A DNA stretch of 53,931 bases, taken from assembly GCA_036679605.1 (NCBI GenBank), contig JAZDCZ010000075.1:1-53931 (forward strand), given 5' to 3'. This stretch comes from Gemmatimonadota bacterium (GTDB taxonomy: Bacteria; Gemmatimonadota; Gemmatimonadetes; Gemmatimonadales; GWC2-71-9). Below the pieces are notes generated by a model that saw only the letters and a program-made list of their open reading frames with translations, did not search any database and was not told the origin of the DNA. This document shows, piece after piece, positions 48,892 to 53,931 of this stretch; within the stretch, counting starts at the first letter, position 1, and each line of letters begins with the position of its first letter. Made by a program: the position numbers and the translations under genes.

Positions 48892-50061
48892 CTATTCATG
48901 TCGACCAGACAACTGGCAGAAATCGTAAACTATATCTTTCAGCATCTGCGACGCTTCCTCGAACTGAACGATTGGAAGCAACTCGTTCGGTTTGTGGGCA
49001 ACCTCGATGGATCCGGGCCCAAAGATGGCGGATTGAATTCCCATTGTTTGAAACCAGCCGGCATCCGTTGCATAAGATGCGCTGACCGTATCTGTTTGAC
49101 CCGTTCTGGCACTGAGCGCTCGATAGATGTCAGACCTGTCGGATAAGAGCATCGGTGGTGCTTCGCCTTCGATTTCAAACGTACATGAGTCTGTACCCAC
49201 TGCCTCGGTCACGGCCGATCGCACACGCTCGATCGTAGCCGTGCTATCCATCTCAGGTAGCATGCGGATACCTCCCTGTAAAACGCAGCGGTCGGGTACG
49301 ATGTTGACGGCCGTGCCACCAGTTATCCGTGCTAGGTTGAGTGCCACGTAGGGTACTTCCGGAAAATATTCGGTGTAGGCCGGACTCTCGTTTTCGAACT
49401 CCCTCCTGAGTTCCGACAGCCGCGCTATCAGAGTTCCCGTTGGTTCGATCGCGTTCCTGCCTAGATGAGGATATCCGCTATGTGCGCTCTTGCCTGTAAG
49501 AGTGACCTTGAATTCCAAGTGTCCCTTGTGCATCCTGATGACGCGCAAGTCCGTGGGCTCACCCACTATGGCATTCTCGGGCAAATGGTTTGATTCAGAC
49601 CACGTTGCGGCGAAATGTCTGGCGCCAATCGTGCCGAGTTCTTCGTCGTAGGTCAGAATCAGTACGAGTGGGTGCTCGAGTCTTGTGGGATCAAGACTCG
49701 TAAGTTGGTTGATTGCCAGGGCTAGGAATCCTTTCATGTCGCATGTGCCACGACCCACATACGCATCCGCAGTGGGCGTCATTGTAAACGGTTCGCTCTC
49801 CCACTCGGGCTCCTCGGCGGGGACCACGTCCATATGTCCCGACAAGATGAGCCCGGTCCGATTGTGTCTGTCTTGCGGTCCGATCGAGATTACCAGGTTC
49901 GTCTTCGAACCATCGGGAGACATGTTCCTGTCGATTCGCACACCCGGTCGGTCGACGTACTCGCAAATGAAGTCGGCAATCGGCAGATTACTGTTACAGC
50001 TCGTCGAGTCGAATCCGATCAACTTGGCCAGGAGTTCTGAATTGCCTAAGAGGGCTGTCAT
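48892..50061 (-). CDS. argE: Acetylornithine deacetylase (M20A family)
   Basis: LSGHMDVVP, GRGTCDMKGF, YDEE, IVGEPT, HKG, AHS, GPGSI..AH.PNE motifs. Confidence 0.88.
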   Translation of the reverse strand: MTALLGNSELLAKLIGFDSTSCNSNLPIADFICEYVDRPGVRIDRNMSPDGSKTNLVISIGPQDRHNRTGLILSGHMDVVPAEEPEWESEPFTMTPTADAYVGRGTCDMKGFLALAINQLTSLDPTRLEHPLVLILTYDEELGTIGARHFAATWSESNHLPENAIVGEPTDLRVIRMHKGHLEFKVTLTGKSAHSGYPHLGRNAIEPTGTLIARLSELRREFENESPAYTEYFPEVPYVALNLARITGGTAVNIVPDRCVLQGGIRMLPEMDSTATIERVRSAVTEAVGTDSCTFEIEGEAPPMLLSDRSDIYRALSARTGQTDTVSASYATDAGWFQTMGIQSAIFGPGSIEVAHKPNELLPIVQFEEASQMLKDIVYDFCQLSGRHE

Positions 50062-50127
50062 GTTGTAAGCATGACAGAGAGCTTGAGCGAGGGCAAGGGT
50101 AACAACAAACAGCAGGGGAGGGGCGTT

Positions 50128-50796
50128 ATGGCAGTATCACTTACTTTTCTGGGGCATGCCGGTTTCTTGTTGGACGACGGCAGTCAGGCGGTCGCCCTGG
50201 ATCCTTTTCTCACGGGAAATCCGGTCGCGACGATGACGGCGGATGATATCCGCTGCGGTCACATAGTGCTAACGCACGGGCATGCCGACCACCTGGGCGA
50301 CACCGTGGCGATCGCCAAAGCCAATGATGCCACAGTCGTTGCCGCGTTTGAAATCACAGAGTTTCTCGGTGAGCAAGGATGCCGATGCGATCCCGGAAAT
50401 CCGGGTGGCAAGGTCTCGACCGATTTTGGATGGGTTGCATTCACTCAGGCGTTTCACTCGTCCTCGTACGAAGGGCGCTACATGGGGATGCCGTGTGGGG
50501 CCGTCGTACACGTCGGCGGAGTTACCGTATATCATTGCGGCGACACGGCGTTGTTTAGCGATATGAAGCTGATCGGTGAGATCTACCAGCCGGACATCGC
50601 GTTGATCCCAATCGGCGATCGCTTCACAATGGGGCCGGAACTCGCCAGTCGGGCGGCGGAGTGGATTGACCCGAAGGTTGCCATACCGATTCACTACAAG
50701 ACGTGGCCGCTTCTCGCGTCTGACGCGTCGGGATTTACTCCGAAAGGAATAGAGGTGAAGGTTATGGAGCCAGGTGAGAGCTGGCAGTGGGGCTAG
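50128..50796 (+). CDS. Metallo-beta-lactamase-fold hydrolase (UPF0173/YtkL-like)
   Basis: LGHA, DPFLTGNP, THGHADH, YH.GDT, PIGDRFTM and IPIHY motifs; ATG at 50128 with GGAGG RBS. Confidence 0.9.
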   Translation: MAVSLTFLGHAGFLLDDGSQAVALDPFLTGNPVATMTADDIRCGHIVLTHGHADHLGDTVAIAKANDATVVAAFEITEFLGEQGCRCDPGNPGGKVSTDFGWVAFTQAFHSSSYEGRYMGMPCGAVVHVGGVTVYHCGDTALFSDMKLIGEIYQPDIALIPIGDRFTMGPELASRAAEWIDPKVAIPIHYKTWPLLASDASGFTPKGIEVKVMEPGESWQWG

Positions 50797-51877
50797 AGGC
50801 AGGCGCGTATTTGCCGCGCAAGGTCTCGAGATAGAACTCCATCGATGGGACCACGAGCAGGTTGTCGGCGATCTCCGCGATTTCCTCGGCGTTGCGCCAG
50901 CGCCGCTCTAGCCACTTCAGCTGTCCCCGAAGTGCCTGGCGTTCGGTTTCCTCGTGAGCGGCCATTTCCAGGGCTAGTCTCATTGGCATGGGATACTGAC
51001 CGAGTCCCTGTGACCGATATTGTGAAGCGCGAATGCGCTTTGCCGTTTTCTCGAAGTAGGCCTCGGCGCTTCCTGCGTTCTCCAGTTCCTTCACCGCCGC
51101 CACCACGTGATCTCTCGACGCTCCGAAGCCGTTCGCAATGGGGAGCATCAGCCCCATGATGTGCACGGCCTCTGCGTCTTCGTATGCTTCCCAGCCCACC
51201 GAGTGCGGTAACTCCAGCCGCCACTTGCCGGCATGCCGGCCCAAGCGGAGTTCTGGTAGGTGTCCCGTGCGCACGAAAGAGTAGTCCAGAGTGTTGACCC
51301 GGACCTTGGCGATGATCCGGCCGAGTATTCGTTCGATTCGTTCCGGTCCGATCTCGCGCCAGAGTTCCTCAGATCCGGCTCCGGCGACCAGCCCGACTCC
51401 TATGGCAACCGGCGCTCCCACCAGCAGGGCCACCCCAGCCCCTAGCAGACCACCGGCCCCAATCATCCAGCCATACTGATCCGCTGCCTTAGCGCCTGTC
51501 TGGAAGATAGCCCTGCGTCGCCGACTTCTCAGCTCATCGGCATAGCGCCACACCGCGAGTTCCTGACGCAACGGATCGCCGATGCGTATGAGGTCCAGTG
51601 CGCCGTAGACGACTGCCAAGGAGATGTTCTCAGTGCATAGCCGGACGGAGGTCTGTCGGAAGAGCTGCTCGCATTCCTCGATGGCGTCCCAGCGCTCGTC
51701 TAGCGGCGAGAGGTTCCATCCGCCACAATGGGGGCAGACGACCCACAGCCGCCCCTTTTTCGCGTCAAAAGCAAGGCGCTTTCCCGCTGGCTCGTGCTCG
51801 ATCAGGTCATTGCGACCCAGATATCCTGAACAGAAGAGACAGGTGTATATGGGCCTCGAGTCAATCGTGTTCATCAT
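50762..51877 (-). CDS. Hypothetical membrane protein with an N-terminal zinc ribbon
   Basis: CLFC...CPHC pair, central Gly-rich TM hairpin, helical C-terminus. Confidence 0.75.
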   Translation of the reverse strand: MMNTIDSRPIYTCLFCSGYLGRNDLIEHEPAGKRLAFDAKKGRLWVVCPHCGGWNLSPLDERWDAIEECEQLFRQTSVRLCTENISLAVVYGALDLIRIGDPLRQELAVWRYADELRSRRRRAIFQTGAKAADQYGWMIGAGGLLGAGVALLVGAPVAIGVGLVAGAGSEELWREIGPERIERILGRIIAKVRVNTLDYSFVRTGHLPELRLGRHAGKWRLELPHSVGWEAYEDAEAVHIMGLMLPIANGFGASRDHVVAAVKELENAGSAEAYFEKTAKRIRASQYRSQGLGQYPMPMRLALEMAAHEETERQALRGQLKWLERRWRNAEEIAEIADNLLVVPSMEFYLETLRGKYAPASSPTASSHLAP

Positions 51878-51974
51878 GTGTAAAGTATTACATAGCCACT
51901 GTAGCCGAAATGTTCCAGGTGAACCCGGAAACTGACCATTTCACTGTCAGGTTCGATCGCGCTATTTTGCAACC

Positions 51975-53931
51975 ATGATGATTGACGATACGGACCAGCC
52001 AATCATGGCGGGAGTCACGAGGATGGCACTACCGGTGCGTCCGATGGCCCTGGTTCTAACCGTGTGGTTGGGCGGGATTCTCGCCGGATGTAGCGGTTCA
52101 AGTGCATTCGAATGGCATGATGCCGACGACCACAGGTGGGCGGACCGGTCGGTGCCACGGCGTGGCCATGACGGCTTCACCATGCTTTCTCCATCTCGGA
52201 CAGGTATCGTGTTCGCCAACGAACTCGGGAGGGAGCAGGTACTCGAAAACCAGTTTCTGCTGAACGGATCCGGGGTCGCAGTAGGCGATGTAGATGGAGA
52301 TGGCCTGGCGGATATCTACTTTGCGGCGCTGGACGGTTCCAACATACTGTACCGCAATTTGGGTAACTGGAAGTTTGCCGACATGACGGTGCAGGCAGGA
52401 GTAGCGGCTCCGGATCGTTTTTCCACCGGTGCGGCGTTCGCGGATATCGATGGCGACGGGGATCTCGATCTTCTCGTAACGGCCTTGGGCGGGCCGAACG
52501 CGCTATTCGTAAATGACGGAACTGGCGTGTTCGAGGAGCGAACCAAAGAGGCGGGACTCGAGTCGAGGCGAGGTTCTACGTCAATGAGCATGGCCGACGT
52601 GGACGGAGACGGAGATCTCGATCTCTACGTTGCGAACTACAAGGCCAAGTCAGTTCGCGACATGTATTCACCGGAACGGTTGGTGTTTGACAGTGTCACA
52701 ATGGAGTCAAATGGAGAGCGAACAATAAGGCCAGAGTTTCGAGACCACTACCGCCTTATGACGAAGAACGGCAATATCGTGCCCGTCGAGTTCGGAGAGC
52801 CTGACCAATTCTATTTGAATGATGGTGCCGGACGGTTCACGGTGGTTCCGTTTACGTCCGGGCGATTCCTACAACAGAATGGTGCGCCACTGGGCGACCC
52901 TCTCTTTGATTGGGGTCTCACCGTGAAATTCCATGACATGGATGGTGATGGCGATCCCGATCTTTACGTCAGTAACGATTTTGAGAGTCCTGACCGATTC
53001 TGGCTAAACGATGGCACCGGACGATTTCGATTGGCCGATTCGCTGGCCATGCGAGTGACCAGCGGAGCGACCATGGCGATGGATCTCTCCGATATCGACC
53101 GGGATGGCGATGTCGACTTCATGTTGCTCGACATGCTCGACCCAGATCCTAAGCGCCAGAAGACACAAACCGTGTTGAACCTTCCGGAGCAGTCAGCGAT
53201 CGCAAGTATCCAGGGGCGACCCCAGGTTCCTCGGAATACTCTGTTCGTCAACCGCGGCGACACCACGTATGCGGAGATCGCATACTATGCCGGTGTCGAG
53301 GCTTCGGGATGGTCGTGGTCTGCAATCTTTGCCGATATTGATCTGGACGGTTACGAAGATGTCCTAATAAGCAATGGTTACTCCTACGACTTCCTCGATC
53401 TAGACACGGCAGACAGGATATCCAGGTCAATGCGGGGAGTGAGCCGTTCGTTAGCCCTGCGCGACCGAAGTTTTCTACTTCGCTTTCCTCCTCTTCCCCT
53501 ACGGAATGTTCTCTTCCGGAATAACGGCGATCTTACTTTTGCAGAGAAGGGAGCGGAATGGGGGTTTGCAGACGAGGAGGACATATCCCACGGAGCGGCG
53601 ACGGGTGATCTCGATGGCGATGGCGATCTCGACGTTGTGATAAACCGGCTAGGCAAGCCTGCCGGCGTGTATCGCAACGAGAGCAATCGACCGAGGGTGA
53701 CGGTGAGGCTCAAGGGATTAGCCCCGAACACACAGGGCATCGGTGCCAAAATACATCTGCTCGGTGGGCCAGTCGATGACCAGCAAAAGGAAGCGACCAT
53801 TGGCTCGTACCTATCGAGTTCCGATCCTGTGTACATGTTTGCGTCGGGTAGCGGAGCTATGCGGATTCGTGTGGAGTGGCGCAGTGGCAAGGAGAGCATG
53901 ATAGAGGGTGTCGCGTCTAACAGGTTGTATG
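51975..53931 (+). CDS. CRTAC1/ASPIC-UnbV-like lipoprotein with FG-GAP/VCBS repeats (3'-truncated; start 51975 or 52023)
   Basis: Absent from the ORF track because it has no stop in the window; lipobox LAG-C, repeated D.DGDGDLDL motifs, N..GIGAKI ASPIC motif. Confidence 0.9.
   Translation, partial: MMIDDTDQPIMAGVTRMALPVRPMALVLTVWLGGILAGCSGSSAFEWHDADDHRWADRSVPRRGHDGFTMLSPSRTGIVFANELGREQVLENQFLLNGSGVAVGDVDGDGLADIYFAALDGSNILYRNLGNWKFADMTVQAGVAAPDRFSTGAAFADIDGDGDLDLLVTALGGPNALFVNDGTGVFEERTKEAGLESRRGSTSMSMADVDGDGDLDLYVANYKAKSVRDMYSPERLVFDSVTMESNGERTIRPEFRDHYRLMTKNGNIVPVEFGEPDQFYLNDGAGRFTVVPFTSGRFLQQNGAPLGDPLFDWGLTVKFHDMDGDGDPDLYVSNDFESPDRFWLNDGTGRFRLADSLAMRVTSGATMAMDLSDIDRDGDVDFMLLDMLDPDPKRQKTQTVLNLPEQSAIASIQGRPQVPRNTLFVNRGDTTYAEIAYYAGVEASGWSWSAIFADIDLDGYEDVLISNGYSYDFLDLDTADRISRSMRGVSRSLALRDRSFLLRFPPLPLRNVLFRNNGDLTFAEKGAEWGFADEEDISHGAATGDLDGDGDLDVVINRLGKPAGVYRNESNRPRVTVRLKGLAPNTQGIGAKIHLLGGPVDDQQKEATIGSYLSSSDPVYMFASGSGAMRIRVEWRSGKESMIEGVASNRLY

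Noticed and set aside
1..53931. CRISPR array, tRNA, rRNA, integrase or transposase
   Set aside because: No periodic repeat-spacer pattern, cloverleaf or recombinase/DDE motif was recognised by eye; tRNAscan or Infernal would be needed to exclude them fully

Overview
A gene-dense, GC-rich bacterial chromosomal segment. The gene style suggests Gemmatimonadota or a similar lineage; this is inference only. Housekeeping content: cinA, grpE-dnaJ, an osmoprotectant ABC importer, iscS-mnmA, bshB1, msrPQ, msrB, an M28 peptidase, three sensor kinases, comM/yifB, an argE-ftcD-aconitase X operon, and an ASPIC/FG-GAP lipoprotein running off the right end. Signals the ORF track misses or does not explain: (1) selD is a selenoprotein, with an in-frame UGA at the catalytic Cys/Sec position and a SECIS-like hairpin. 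(2) A TolC-adaptor export operon carries four MacB-type permeases in an A-B-A-B pattern and no ATPase, behind an ECF-sigma-like promoter that recurs at 42.1 kb. (3) A toxin-antitoxin cassette is flanked by a duplicated 3' end of comM. (4) The best candidate for a new system lies at 42.2-45.1 kb: three small proteins with strong RBSs and tandem [D/E]RRxxx[D/E]RR repeats resembling c-di-GMP-binding RxxxR motifs, followed by a ~200-nt structured unit with a 14-nt perfect anti-16S Shine-Dalgarno, a 20-codon ORF and a terminator, then a CYTH enzyme. No rRNA, tRNA, CRISPR array, integrase or transposase was recognised. All family calls come from motif recognition by eye, without database searches.
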